Source of the DNA: Macrostomum lignano
Taxonomy: Eukaryota
DNA: 64,000 nt
Reading direction: 5' to 3'
Assembly (NCBI GenBank): GCA_002269645.1
Contig: NIVC01000511.1
Location: 342,023-406,022 of the forward strand
Below, one piece after another: positions 1 through 10,336 of this stretch. Position 1 is the stretch's first letter; each line of letters begins with the position of its first letter. The notes beneath the pieces are model-generated. The model saw only the letters and a program-made list of their open reading frames with translations. It searched no databases and was not told the origin of the DNA. A program made the translations under genes and the position numbers.

Positions 1-635
1 CAACAGTTGCAACAAGGGCGCACTGCATGAGCTCCTAATGCACTACAGAGCCCTGCTGCAAGACAACGCAGCAACGGTAGTGCTGATTGGTGACCCGTAG
101 AAGGGCGATGCTTCATTCCCAGCTTCCTCATTAGCTGCAAGTTTTATTGCCCACACTTCACCCGGCTTGATGGAGAGGCAAGAATTGCTGGCGAGGAAGA
201 GTCTGAGCCATGCAGGTAGGGCAACAATCAGTAAGCTGGCATATCAAAAATTCTTAAGTGCTGTGTTTGCAGCATTTTTATGGAACTTAAGGGGGAATCC
301 CTCAGGTTCGCTTAATTATAATTCGCCCGGGCGTGGAGATCCATGCTGAGCATATGGAGTGGGAGACAGGTGATATGTTCAAGATGGACATAAGATACAT
401 TAACTCTGTTTGTTCTGAAATAGGGCAGTTGCATAAGCAGATACAGATACGCTTTTATCCTACTATCTAGTAGTAGGTCAGGCTTGGAAATTGTTGGGGC
501 AGGGATAGACAGGGAGTTTAGGAGTTTATAGAGCAGTTGGGCTCGGATTAGGGAACAACAAACAACAATTTACGGAATCTCTACGGAATCCTGGCTACGC
601 GCCTGGTTCCCTATCGATCTTCTGTAAGCGGGTCG

Positions 636-734
636 GTGCTTGGCTACGCCGACGATCTTGCCCTGTTGTCAAAGTCAGTTCAGGGAGTCCACATGTCTTC
701 GTTTGTTCTGAGGAGTGCCGATGAGCAGACCAGC
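636..734 (+). mobile_element. Non-LTR (RTE-like) reverse transcriptase fragment
   Basis: Translates LGYADDLALLSKSVQGV (YADD catalytic motif). The following RSADEQTS resembles the RGADEQAS peptide of the LINE copy at 39.5 kb. Confidence 0.6.
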
Positions 735-928
735 TTTAGTACCCCCGGGGGGGGGGCTGGGTTTGCAACTTTGTGCATGCGCGGGGTTGGCGTGGGGGTT
801 GTACGTTGTGTTGGTTTCTGCCCTCCTGTGTGCAGCGGCCCTCCCCTCCGCCTGCTGAGGGTTTTTTATGCCCGGTTTCGCAGTGAGCTCCTGCGTTCCC
901 GCTGTCGCTAGCCTTAGTCAATGACTGA

Positions 929-1568
929 ATGACACTGGTGGAGAAGCAGATCGACAAAGAGGTTGAGCTGCACCGCCTGTGCCCGAAGGGGCAGCGGCCT
1001 GTGATTGTGAGCGCCATCGGTGCCCTGCCGAAAGACAACGAACGGGTGCACCTGATTCACGACTGTAGCCGGCCGGCCAGTGGCTGTGCCAATTGGATGT
1101 GGGTCGGTCAGGAGAAGCTGCGCTTTTCTTGCCAGGAAGTTGACTAGAGGATGCTGGATGACCAAAGTCGACCTGAGTGAAGCTTATCGTGCGGTTGGTG
1201 TGCACCCTGATGACTTCAGCCGGACTGGAATCAAGTTTTGCTTTCGGGACTCGAACGCTGAGTCCTACATGTACGACACCAGGCTACCCTTTGGAGCGGC
1301 GGCTTCGGTGACCTGCTTTCACAGGCTCAGCGAGGTGATGAAGCTGATGATGGTGCAGAGAGGTTTCATCAGGACTGAGGCGTACTTGGATGACTTTGCC
1401 TTTTGTGGTTCGCGTGAGGACTGTCAGAAATTTCTCGATCAGATGACTGACCTCGTGACTCGCTTGGGCTTTACTGTCAACTGGGGCAAGCGTCAGCGGC
1501 CCTCTCAGCGTATGTCCTTCTTGGGTGTCGAGTTTGACTCTCACCGGGGTGTAGAAACTGTCGGATGA
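929..1568 (+). pseudogene. YR-retroelement reverse transcriptase, frameshifted
   Basis: Two overlapping frames: IVSAIGALPKDNERVHLIHDCSRP, then KVDLSEAYRAVGVHP, RLPFGAAAS, AYLDDFAF and MSFLGVEFDS. Confidence 0.9.
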
Positions 1569-1819
1569 GAAGGAGGAGAAGCTTGTCTGGAAACGGGAAA
1601 AACCAGAATTAGTCGGCAGTCATTGCAGCTCGGTTGGGCGGCGCAGGTTATCTGTTCTGGGCGCACGTTCATGCGGGAGTTGATCGAGTGTTGCAATGCT
1701 CTTCGGCCAGGGCAGCGGATGAAAATCGATGAGCGGCTGCGGAGCCTTTTTCATTGGTGGACAGTCTCGTTGAAGTCGTGTTGGTGGTCGAAGTTGTGAC
1801 CCGGGTACGTGAATGATGT

Positions 1820-3215
1820 TGCCATCGAGTCGGATGCTTGCGGAAGAGGCGGTGCGACGCTATGTGCTATGTAAACTGGTTGATGGATGCGGACTCGGCT
1901 TTTGTAGAGCTACCCATCAACCAGAAGGAAGCGGTGGCACCGCTGCTGGGCGTCATTCGCTGGAGGGAGCAGCTCAAGGGCTCCAGGATCAACATATATT
2001 GCGACAACCAAGCCGCCTGCCACATTATCAACAAGGGCGTTTCCAAGTGTGCGCCACTTCAGCGGCTGCTGCAGACGGTGGCACTCATGCGCCGGCGCTA
2101 TGGGATGAGTGTTCGTGCTTTCCACGTGCCAGGCGAGTTCCAGATTTTTGCGGATGCGGCTTCTCGGCTGCATGAGCCTAGCCAGTTGTTAAACTTTTTA
2201 CTCCGTTGTCATGGTTCTGTGTGCCAGTGGATGCTGGCGACCCTGCACATGCATACTTTCTGCCCCGCCACCGCCGCCTCCCTTGATTTACAGGCCGCCA
2301 AGCTGCGTCTCAGTTTCCCTCTCAGCCACCGCGCCGCCTCGCTGCTGAGCGCCTCGTATGCGCCACCATCAAGGAGACCCATCTACAGACACGTCATGCG
2401 ATCTGGTTGGGACTCGGTCCACTGTCCTGTGGTAGCCTTGCTCAACCATCTGGCTGACCTTGTGGGCACCCGGATGCGCTCCTTCAGTGGTGTTTCCTCT
2501 GTGGCCAGCTCCCTGTCGCTCTGGTTCCAAGTCAACTCTGCGCCACACCTGACCAAGCATGCTGCCACGGCACAGCTTCTACGTGGCGCCAAGCGCGAGT
2601 TGGGGCTGCGAGCTACCAAGAAGCGGCCGGTATCCTCCTTCATGCTGGTGGAGCTGCAGCACCAAGCCTACGGGGCTTGCCGGTCTCAGCTGGCTTGCTG
2701 GGCGGCAGTCATCTGCTGCTGGTGGGGTATGCTCCGCAAGTCCAGCCTGCTCCCCTGCACAACTAAGGGCCAAGCACTTATGCAGCGCTCCAACCTGCAG
2801 AGGCACCCCAGGGGTCTAGTCCTGCGCTGCGATGTCGGGAAGACCATCCAGTTTAAGGAGCGGGTGCATCTGGTCCTTCTCTCAAGACTGGCTTGGTGGT
2901 TGGCACTGTGCCCTGTCGCCGCCCTCGAGCGACACATCCGTAAGAGTCGGTTGGTGTCGGCTGATCAGCCCCTCTGGTCGTTTTGCGATGCCCGGGGCAA
3001 CCGACGTTTGCTGACGGGCCCGCAGCTGGACCGCTTTCTCAGCAGCAAGCTGGCGAGGGGTTGCGGCCTGGGCGTCGTCGCTGGGTCTGCCCGTGTCGGA
3101 TGTCATGCGCATCGAGGACTGGAGGAGCAGCCAGGTGCAGCGGTACCTGCCGCAGTTCCGTCAGTCGGCGGCGGCGTCTGTTTTCTTTGCTCTGGGGGTC
3201 GGTGCCCTGTTTTAG
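1820..3215 (+). pseudogene. YR-retroelement RNase H plus tyrosine recombinase, frameshifted
   Basis: RNase H: ESDAC, PINQKEAVAP, IYCDNQAA, HVPGEFQIFADAASR. Recombinase: SYAPPS, CWWGMLRKSSLL, GKTIQFKER, CPVAAL. The catalytic C-terminus is in a shifted frame after ~3050 (AAWASSLGLPVSDVMRIEDWRSSQVQRYL, stop 3213-3215) and the H-x-x-R motif is damaged. Confidence 0.88.
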
Positions 3216-3401
3216 CGGCATGTTATCTGCGTTCTTCTGCGTCTCCTGCTAACGTTTTTGGTTTTCTTTTTCCTTTTTTCTCCCCCCTTTTTTGTTTTCT
3301 CCTCGTCTTGGCTTTGGAGGCCGTTGCTTCGCCTCTGTGTTCTCGCCAAACTTTGTGTTCCTCTGTTTCTCGTGGTGTTCCTTCCGGGCTTGGGTACTAA
3401 A

Positions 3402-3592
3402 AAACAAGTGGACAGGCTGGTTGCTGTTGCGGCGAGTGTCGGCCTGATGGTCAGCACGCAGAGGACTGCAGTGCTCAGCGTTTTTTCCCGCGACTGGCTG
3501 CGCGGGAATTCCGCAATGTCAGCAGTTCGTCTACCTTGGCGGATTGGGTCTTGGCGCCTTCGAAGATCTGCGGCGTCTCCTCGGACTTGCTC
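3402..3592 (+). mobile_element. RTE-like LINE RT fragment
   Basis: QVDRLVAVAASVGLMVSTQRTAVL, then tgtcagcagttcgtctaccttggcgg...gatctgcggcgtc, which aligns by eye to 39594-39670 (CQQFVYLGG...EDLRR). Confidence 0.7.
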
Positions 3593-3956
3593 TGTGAGAG
3601 CAGTACTGCTGACTACTCTAGATTTCAACTACTGTTTGCTAATCCACCTACTTATAGTCAGTAGGCTCTATTGACTGTTAGATCAGGGTTGGCTAAGTTA
3701 GAACTGCAATATGCTAATTTCTTATCAGACTGGGCACCCTGAGCTTCTGGCTAGCGGTTTCAAATGACAGGTTGAAGGTCTGGATAATTTGACAGACAGC
3801 CCGTGCCCTTTCAACTGGAACACCTGGCTTGGAGAGCTCTTCTTCATCTTGCCAATTTTAGTGAGTACGAAGCATCACTACGTGTTGCTTTTTAAAACGA
3901 TAAATTGAATGCTTTTTGACATCTGGGCATTTTGGATGCCTAATGCTTTTTCACTT

Positions 3957-4272
3957 TATGCCTGATGCTTATAACCCTATGTCTGATGCTTATCACCCTA
4001 TGTCTGATGCTTATCACCCCATGTCTGATGCTTATCACCCTATGTCTGATGCTTATCACCCTATGTCTGATGCTTATCACCCTATGTCTGATGCTTATCA
4101 CCCTATCTCTGATGCTTATCACCCAATGTCTGATGCTTATCACCCTATCTCTGATGCTTATCACTATATGTCTGATGCTTATCACTATATGTCTGATGCT
4201 TATCACCCTATGTCTGATGCTTATCACTATATGTCTGATGCTTATAACCCTATGTCTGATGCTTATCACTAT
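3957..4272. repeat. 21-bp minisatellite (tatgtctgatgcttatcaccc), left part
   Basis: About 15 tandem copies; the array resumes at 8594 after the LTR element. Confidence 0.97.
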
Positions 4273-4568
4273 TGATGTGTCGTCGATTGAATGAAACAAG
4301 TCTAGCTTAATTATGCATGGTCAAAATGCTATTGTATTTCACGATTTCAAAGCGAGAGAAAACTAACGATATATAGCAAACACGATAGTGATAATATTGG
4401 GGTGGTTGGTGCAGTGCGCGCACAGAAGGCATAAAATAAATAAAGTGCTTAGAGTGAATACGTACATCTGAACACTTCGGGTGTAAGAAGGCATAGGCTC
4501 ATTGGTTCAATAAAATATATAGATCAATAACTCAAGAGTCTGACCCTGCAAACCAACACGCCGCCTCA
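4273..4568 (-). repeat. 3' LTR
   Basis: Direct repeat of 8298-8593; preceded on the minus strand by the polypurine tract. Confidence 0.97.
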
Positions 4569-7500
4569 TCTCCCCCCCTCGAATCGAACCGGCGGCACGC
4601 CTCGGTTCGCACGCACCGGGTAGCGGCGCTCTGGCTCTTGGGCGGGCTCGCCGAGTCCGCTTGGCTGGTCTTGATCGAGATCGTCGGGCTGATGCTGGGC
4701 GAGCTGCTCGCCAGTCCGGAGATCGATAGGATTGTCTGGCTGCTGCTGGACTGGCTTAGTCGGCTGCTCAATGACCGGACTCAGCTGGTCGGCGTGAGCA
4801 AGGGTGACCTGACCTCCGTGTCGAGCGATCAGTGCCGTGTTTGTGCCCTTCTGTGCCACGAACTCGGCTTGCTCTTGCTCCTGTTTGCCACCGGGTGTGT
4901 ACCAGAAGCTTGCTCCGATGGGGGTCTGCATGGTGATCGGGTTGCGCAGCTGCCGACCCATGAGCTGCGCCGGGCTCTGCATTCGGCCTGCGTGCGGCAC
5001 GCATCTGTAGTTGAGGAGCAGCCTGGACAGAAATGAGTCGTAGGGCTCTGATCGCTGATCCCAGGCTGCTGATGCTCTCTTGATGGACTGGACCATCCGC
5101 TCCGCCAAGCCGTTGGATTGCGGATGTCTCGGTGGCGTTTTTACAGCGCGGCAGCCGATTCTCTCTAGCCAGGCGAGCAGATTGGCATCATGAAACTCGG
5201 CTGCATTGTCGCTGACGAGCACGTGGGGCACACCGGTTCTCGCGAAAACGGACTGCAGCACTCGCTTGACAGTGGCCGCGTCTCTGTTAGGCACTCGTAC
5301 AGCCTCCGGCCAGCCGGACATCGCGTCGACCAGAATTAGCAGCAGCCCGGCCTTTGGAACGTTTGCGTGGTCCATGTGTACCATGTGCCAGGGCTCCTGC
5401 TCCTCCGGCCACCGATGGACAGCCGCCGAACCGCTTGGCCGCAGTCTCGAGCAGGTTGGACAGTTGCGAATGAAGACCTCCACGTCGTTGCAGTAGCCGG
5501 GCCACCAGGCGGAGTTCTGCAGGCGAGCGCGCGTCGAGCCGGACCCTTGATGCGTGTCGTTGTGCACAAGTCGAAGAACTTTTTGCCGGAGGACGGCCGG
5601 AATGACCGCCCGGTCGCCATAGCAGAGAACTCCGTCCTCGACAATCAGAGCATTCCGGGCCGCTTTGAACGGTCTTTCAGCCGGAGAGCAGTTCGACCAT
5701 CTGTTAGTGACGACTCGCTTTGTGACATCCATCAGCAGCCTCTCCCTCTGGGTTTCGGCCTTGAGTTCCTGCCATGGGATAACAGCCTCCGCTGTCCAGT
5801 GGATAATGCTCTCCAGCCGCTGCTCAGTCTGGTTCTCGGAGCCGTCACCATCGAAGTCTAGCCGTGACAGCGCATCGACCTGCGGGATCGACTCGCCTTT
5901 CGTGTAGACGATATCGTAGTCGAAAGCCATTAGTTTTATGGCCCACCGAAGCAGCCTGGCATTTGCGACTTTCGGCAGTTGGCGTCTCGAGCCGAAGATG
6001 AACTCCAGCGGGCGGTGATCGGTTCTTAGTGTAAAGCGCGATCCCAGCAGGAATTGTTTAGCACGCTCCATGGCCCAGACGATTGCGAGTGCCTCTCTCT
6101 CTATGTTTGAGTAGCGCGTCTCGGTGCTGCTCAGCCGCCTGCTGAAGTACATTATCGGGTGACCATCTTGTGACAGAATCGCTCCGATCGCCTTCTCGCT
6201 GGCATCGGTGGTGAGCGTCGTTTCCTTGCGCTTGTCGTACGGTTTGATGACCGGTCCTCGGCTGAGAATGTCCTTGATGAGCGAGAACGCTGATTGCGCA
6301 GCCGGACCCCAGTTGAACTCAGCAGCTCGGGCTCGCAGCTGATTGAGCGACTCGACGATGTCAGAGTAGCTCCTGATGAACCTCCCAAAGAAGTTCGCGA
6401 GTCCTAGGAAAGATTCTAACTCCTTTTTGTCCTTGGGCGGTTTTACGGAGCGGATTTTCTCTACCAGGTCCGGGTCCGGCGTGATTCCAGCGGGGCTAAT
6501 CTTGTAGCCGAGGAATGAGATTTCTGTTGCTTTTAGATTCGATTTGTCCAGGTTGATGGTCATGCCGGCTGACTCCAGGGCTTGCAGTACGTGCTGTACC
6601 TTCTGATTGAGCTCGGAGTCGGACTTAGCACCAAGAAGGATATCATCCTGGTATACTATTTTGCTGCTGACGTCCTCCAGTATTGTTTCCATGGCCTTTT
6701 GGAAAATTGATGACGCTGATTTTAAACCAGGAACCAATCTCTTGTAGCGGTAGAGGCCTAGTGGAGTTGCAATGGTGGTTACTTCTCGGCTATTTTCCTC
6801 GAGTTCAATCTGCAGGTAAGCGTCTGACAAGTCGAGTTTGGCGAAGTGCGTCATGCCCGCGATCTCTGAGAATATGGTCTCCATTTCTGGCATTGGGTAG
6901 GTGTCATTGCAGATCTGGTGGTTCACTCCGGCCTTGAAGTCGGCGCACACTCGGACCTTCCCATTGGGCTTCAGAACGTTGACTATTGGAGACGCCCACT
7001 GGCTGCCACCCGCCGGGACTGGCTCGATGATGCCTTCAGATTCCATCCGCTGCAGCTCGTGCACCACCAGGTCCTTGAGGTGCATTGGCACAGGTCGAGC
7101 AGCGCAGTAGAACGGTCTGGCTCCTTCCACGAGCCTGATTTTAGCTTGAAAGCCTTTGAGACAGCCCAGCTGCTGAATCTTGTTGATGGTGACGGAGTCT
7201 TCTTGCAGTTTTATGTTATCCATTCCGAGCAGCCCATGCTTCTTTTCTGAGACAGTGACGACTAGATCAACGGTTACGAAGCTCGTGTCGGTCTCGAGCG
7301 ACGCAGTGAACTCGCCGAGACAGGCAATGGTCGAGCCGTCAAACTGCCGCAGAATCCTTTTGCAATTACGCAGAGGCGGTTGGCCCAGTTGTCTCCAGAG
7401 GTTCTGCGGGATGAGGCTGACCTCCGCTCCAGTGTCGATCTGCATTGGTACGCCACAGCCGTTGATCTTGATGGTTTTGAAGAGGCCTTTCTTTGCTGCG

Positions 7501-8297
7501 TTAGGGCCAAGGGCGTATATTTCCGCCTCATCGGTTTCCGTTGTCTCCAGATGGACAGCTCGAGACCTGCAGACAGCCGAAAAGTGGTTCTTCTTCTGAC
7601 ACTTGCTGCACTTTTTTCCGAACGCGGGACAGTTGCCTCTGGGGTGACTCGTGCCACAGAATCCACATTTAGCCATTTCCTTTGAAGGTGGTACATTTTT
7701 GTGCTGTCTGGTGAAAGCAATGTCCGCGGTTGTGGGAGCGTTGTAGTCTCTGATCTGCTCCAAGTGTTGAAGGCTCTGCAGAATACCGTCAAGCAGCAGG
7801 TCACCTTCTTGTAGCCGCTCGAGAATTCGCTTTTTGTGCTCGGCTGAGATCAGACCATCAATAAGTCGCATGACGATCATATCGTTCTCCTTTGACTGCT
7901 TGCTTCCTAGCGTCTCAAACTCGCATAGAGATGCGGCAGCCCTCAGTCTCCTGAAGTAGACCATGACGCTCTCACCCACTTCTTGTTTTATGTTGAGGAA
8001 CTTGGTGCGCTCCGCGATGACGAGGCGTTTCTTCGGGCGAATAGTGCTGTCGACTAGGGTTTTGATGTTGTCAAATGTTAAATCTTCCAATTTTTTTGGC
8101 GCTGCCATGAGAGACAAGGTGCGAATCGCCTGGAGTCCCGCCTTTGACAGAAACAAATCAGTTTTGTCGCGAGCTTCGTCGGAGTCGGCGAGCTTCTTGA
8201 TACGTGCTGTCGCCGATAGCTGTTGCATCCAAGCCTCAGCCATCTCTGCATCTTCCAAATTGAGCTCTTGGCTCTGTCTAACTGCTTGCGACGCCAT
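4566..8297 (-). CDS. Gag-Pol polyprotein, 1243 aa (Gag, two Zn knuckles, protease, RT, RNase H, integrase)
   Basis: Starts MASQ. Motifs: CGFCGTSHPRGNC / CSKCQKKNHFSAVC; protease IDTGAEVS; RT WASPIV and YQDDILL; RNase H TTDASEKAIGAIL; integrase HNDTH...CPTC, HMDH, LVSDNAAEF and SNGLAERMVQSIK. RT-RH-IN order is gypsy-type; no stops or frameshifts. Confidence 0.97.
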   Translation of the reverse strand: MASQAVRQSQELNLEDAEMAEAWMQQLSATARIKKLADSDEARDKTDLFLSKAGLQAIRTLSLMAAPKKLEDLTFDNIKTLVDSTIRPKKRLVIAERTKFLNIKQEVGESVMVYFRRLRAAASLCEFETLGSKQSKENDMIVMRLIDGLISAEHKKRILERLQEGDLLLDGILQSLQHLEQIRDYNAPTTADIAFTRQHKNVPPSKEMAKCGFCGTSHPRGNCPAFGKKCSKCQKKNHFSAVCRSRAVHLETTETDEAEIYALGPNAAKKGLFKTIKINGCGVPMQIDTGAEVSLIPQNLWRQLGQPPLRNCKRILRQFDGSTIACLGEFTASLETDTSFVTVDLVVTVSEKKHGLLGMDNIKLQEDSVTINKIQQLGCLKGFQAKIRLVEGARPFYCAARPVPMHLKDLVVHELQRMESEGIIEPVPAGGSQWASPIVNVLKPNGKVRVCADFKAGVNHQICNDTYPMPEMETIFSEIAGMTHFAKLDLSDAYLQIELEENSREVTTIATPLGLYRYKRLVPGLKSASSIFQKAMETILEDVSSKIVYQDDILLGAKSDSELNQKVQHVLQALESAGMTINLDKSNLKATEISFLGYKISPAGITPDPDLVEKIRSVKPPKDKKELESFLGLANFFGRFIRSYSDIVESLNQLRARAAEFNWGPAAQSAFSLIKDILSRGPVIKPYDKRKETTLTTDASEKAIGAILSQDGHPIMYFSRRLSSTETRYSNIEREALAIVWAMERAKQFLLGSRFTLRTDHRPLEFIFGSRRQLPKVANARLLRWAIKLMAFDYDIVYTKGESIPQVDALSRLDFDGDGSENQTEQRLESIIHWTAEAVIPWQELKAETQRERLLMDVTKRVVTNRWSNCSPAERPFKAARNALIVEDGVLCYGDRAVIPAVLRQKVLRLVHNDTHQGSGSTRARLQNSAWWPGYCNDVEVFIRNCPTCSRLRPSGSAAVHRWPEEQEPWHMVHMDHANVPKAGLLLILVDAMSGWPEAVRVPNRDAATVKRVLQSVFARTGVPHVLVSDNAAEFHDANLLAWLERIGCRAVKTPPRHPQSNGLAERMVQSIKRASAAWDQRSEPYDSFLSRLLLNYRCVPHAGRMQSPAQLMGRQLRNPITMQTPIGASFWYTPGGKQEQEQAEFVAQKGTNTALIARHGGQVTLAHADQLSPVIEQPTKPVQQQPDNPIDLRTGEQLAQHQPDDLDQDQPSGLGEPAQEPERRYPVRANRGVPPVRFEGGR
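4569..4581 (-). promoter_or_regulatory. Polypurine tract
   Basis: Minus strand GAGGGGGGGAGA abuts the TG of the 3' LTR. Confidence 0.85.
8280..8296 (-). promoter_or_regulatory. Primer-binding site
   Basis: TGGCGTCGCAAGCAGT starts 1 nt after the 5' LTR and is complementary to a tRNA ending ...GCGACG-CCA. A tRNA-Ser primer is my inference from the G discriminator. Confidence 0.7.
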
Positions 8298-8593
8298 TGA
8301 TGTGTCGTCGATTGAATGAAACAAGTCTAGCTTAATTATGCATGGTCAAAATGCTATTGTATTTCACGATTTCAAAGCGAGAGAAAACTAACGATATATA
8401 GCAAACACGATAGTGATAATATTGGGGTGGTTGGTGCAGTGCGCGCACAGAAGGCATAAAATAAATAAAGTGCTTAGAGTGAATACGTACATCTGAACAC
8501 TTCGGGTGTAAGAAGGCACAGGCTCATTGGTTCAATAAAATATATAGATCAATAACTCAAGAGTCTGACCCTGCAAACCAACACGCCGCCTCA
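8298..8593 (-). repeat. 5' LTR
   Basis: Direct repeat of 4273-4568; followed on the minus strand by the PBS. Confidence 0.97.
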
Positions 8594-9143
8594 ACTATAT
8601 GTCTGATGCTTATAACCCTATGTCTGATGCTTATCACCCCATGTCTGATGCTTATCACCCAATTTCTGATGCTTATCACTATATGTCTGATGCTTATCAC
8701 TATATGTCTGATGCTTATCACCCTATCTCTGATGCTTATCACCCATTGTCTGATGCTTATCACCCTATCTCTGATGCTTATCACTATATGTCTGATGCTT
8801 ATCACCCCTTGTTTGATGCTTATAACCCTATGTCTGATGCTTATCACTATATGTCTGATGCTTATCACCCCATGTCTGATGCTTATCACTATATGTCTGA
8901 TGCTTATCACTATATGTCTGATGCTTATCACCCTATGTCTGATGCTTATCACCCTATCTCTGATGCTTATCACTATATGACTGATGCTTATCACCCCTTG
9001 TTTGATGCTTATAACCCTATGTCTGATGCTTATCACTATATGTCTGATGCTTATCACCCCATGTCTGATGCTTATCACTATATGTCTGATGCTTATCACC
9101 CAATGTCTGATGCTTATCACCCTATGTCTGATGCTTATCACCC
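8594..9143. repeat. 21-bp minisatellite, right part
   Basis: About 26 copies of the same unit as 3957-4272. Confidence 0.97.
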
Positions 9144-9920
9144 TGTAATTCTGTAACTGATGGGAGTCCTGATGTACTGTTAACAACTGCAGTTTTTAAG
9201 TAGCTCAACTCTCTAAGCGTTAATACATAATGTGAACTCATAAATTGTCTAGAGCTGTAGAAAGTACAGAAACACTCACCGATTTGCACTGACACGTCAG
9301 CGATTTTCAGCTCCACTGGCGGTTGGGCAGCTCCATCAGGGCCGGTCTCAGCTGTGTGAGGAATCTCAGGCACCCAGCTGGTAGGGTCGTCCATCTCCCG
9401 ACGGCAGGTGACCGATTGTCTGCAGTTTGCAGATGCCAAAATAAAACTTCTTCTTGAGTGTGAGCGGCGGGACAGGATGTTGGCAGCTGGGCAGGAGGAA
9501 CCGTCTCGCATTTCCCCTTTTTGGCCAATTTCTATGGCAAATTCTCATTGGCTGACAGCGGGCTGACCAATGCCCCAACCAAACCCCACTTTTTAAAGCT
9601 ATTGCAGTTGACTTGCAGACTGGGCATGCAAGTTAAAACTCTGAATATAATTCACCGATAGTAAGGCTTCTAGTTAAATATTCCTGGGTCATTTGTTGCA
9701 AAATTTTTTGGTAGCTAAAAGCTCTCAAACAAAGACCTAAGAATTCAATCCTAAATGTTACACTGAAGGTCCGTCAGGCGATATGATAAACAAACAGCTT
9801 GGTGTTCTTCACACCAGTACATGAAAGTTACGCTCGTAAGCAGAGTTGGATGGGATTAGCACGAAGCTTGCGTCAACCCCACATGGTAGCCACCATGAGT
9901 GATTGGAAAGTTCAACTCTT

Positions 9921-10336
9921 AGTTCAACCCTGCTGTGATAGGCTGGCAGCTCTGAGCTCTGCAGTTCAGCCCTGCTGTGATTGGCTGGCAGCTCTGAGCT
10001 CTGCAGTTCACCCCTGCTGTGATTGGCTGGCAGCTCTGAGTTTTGCAGTTCAGCCCTGCTGTGATTGGCTGGCAGCTCTGAGTTTTGCAGTTCAGCCCTG
10101 CTGTGATTGGCTGGCAGCTCTGAGCTCTGCAGTTCAGCCCTGCTGTGATTGGCTGGCAGCTCTGAGTTTTGCAGTTCAGCCCTGCTGTGATTGGCTGACA
10201 GCTCTGAGCTCTGCAGTTCACCCCTGCTGTGATTGGCTGGCAGCTCTGAGCTCTGCACTTCACCCCTGCTGTGATTGGCTGGCAGCTCTGAGATCTGCAG
10301 TTCAACCCTGCTGTGATAGGCTGACAGCTCTGAGCT
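9921..10336. repeat. 42-bp minisatellite (gcagttcagccctgctgtgattggctggcagctctgagctct)
   Basis: About 10 tandem copies. Confidence 0.95.

Larger units (their letters stand above)
735..3401 (+). mobile_element. Decayed tyrosine-recombinase retrotransposon (Ngaro/DIRS-like), gag missing
   Basis: Domain order RT - RNase H - tyrosine recombinase on + with frameshifts and no methyltransferase seen. Boundaries are inferred from the flanking LINE fragments and a 10-bp inverted repeat (TTTAGTACCC 735-744 / GGGTACTAAA 3392-3401). Confidence 0.85.
4273..8593 (-). mobile_element. Full-length Ty3/gypsy LTR retrotransposon, Mag-like, recent insertion
   Basis: Two 296-bp LTRs with TG...CA ends (one mismatch seen, 4494/8519), 5-bp TSD ACTAT (4268-4272 and 8594-8598), PBS, PPT and one intact gag-pol ORF. 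Confidence 0.98.

Noticed and set aside
1-349. Possible SF1 helicase remnant (VVLIGDP*K...GLMER)
   Set aside because: Only one short motif, interrupted by a stop and cut by the window edge.
4532-8319. Many antisense and alternative-frame ORFs over the gypsy ORF
   Set aside because: Shadow ORFs of a GC-rich coding sequence with no motifs.
3916-9186. Repetitive ORFs (SDAYHPM, MLITLCL, VISIRH) and similar ORFs at 9.8-10.4, 11.4-11.8, 24.6-25.4, 48.2-49.1, 55.9-56.2 and 62.5-63.0 kb
   Set aside because: They are translations of stop-free tandem repeats, open in several frames and on both strands; two arrays lie inside introns.
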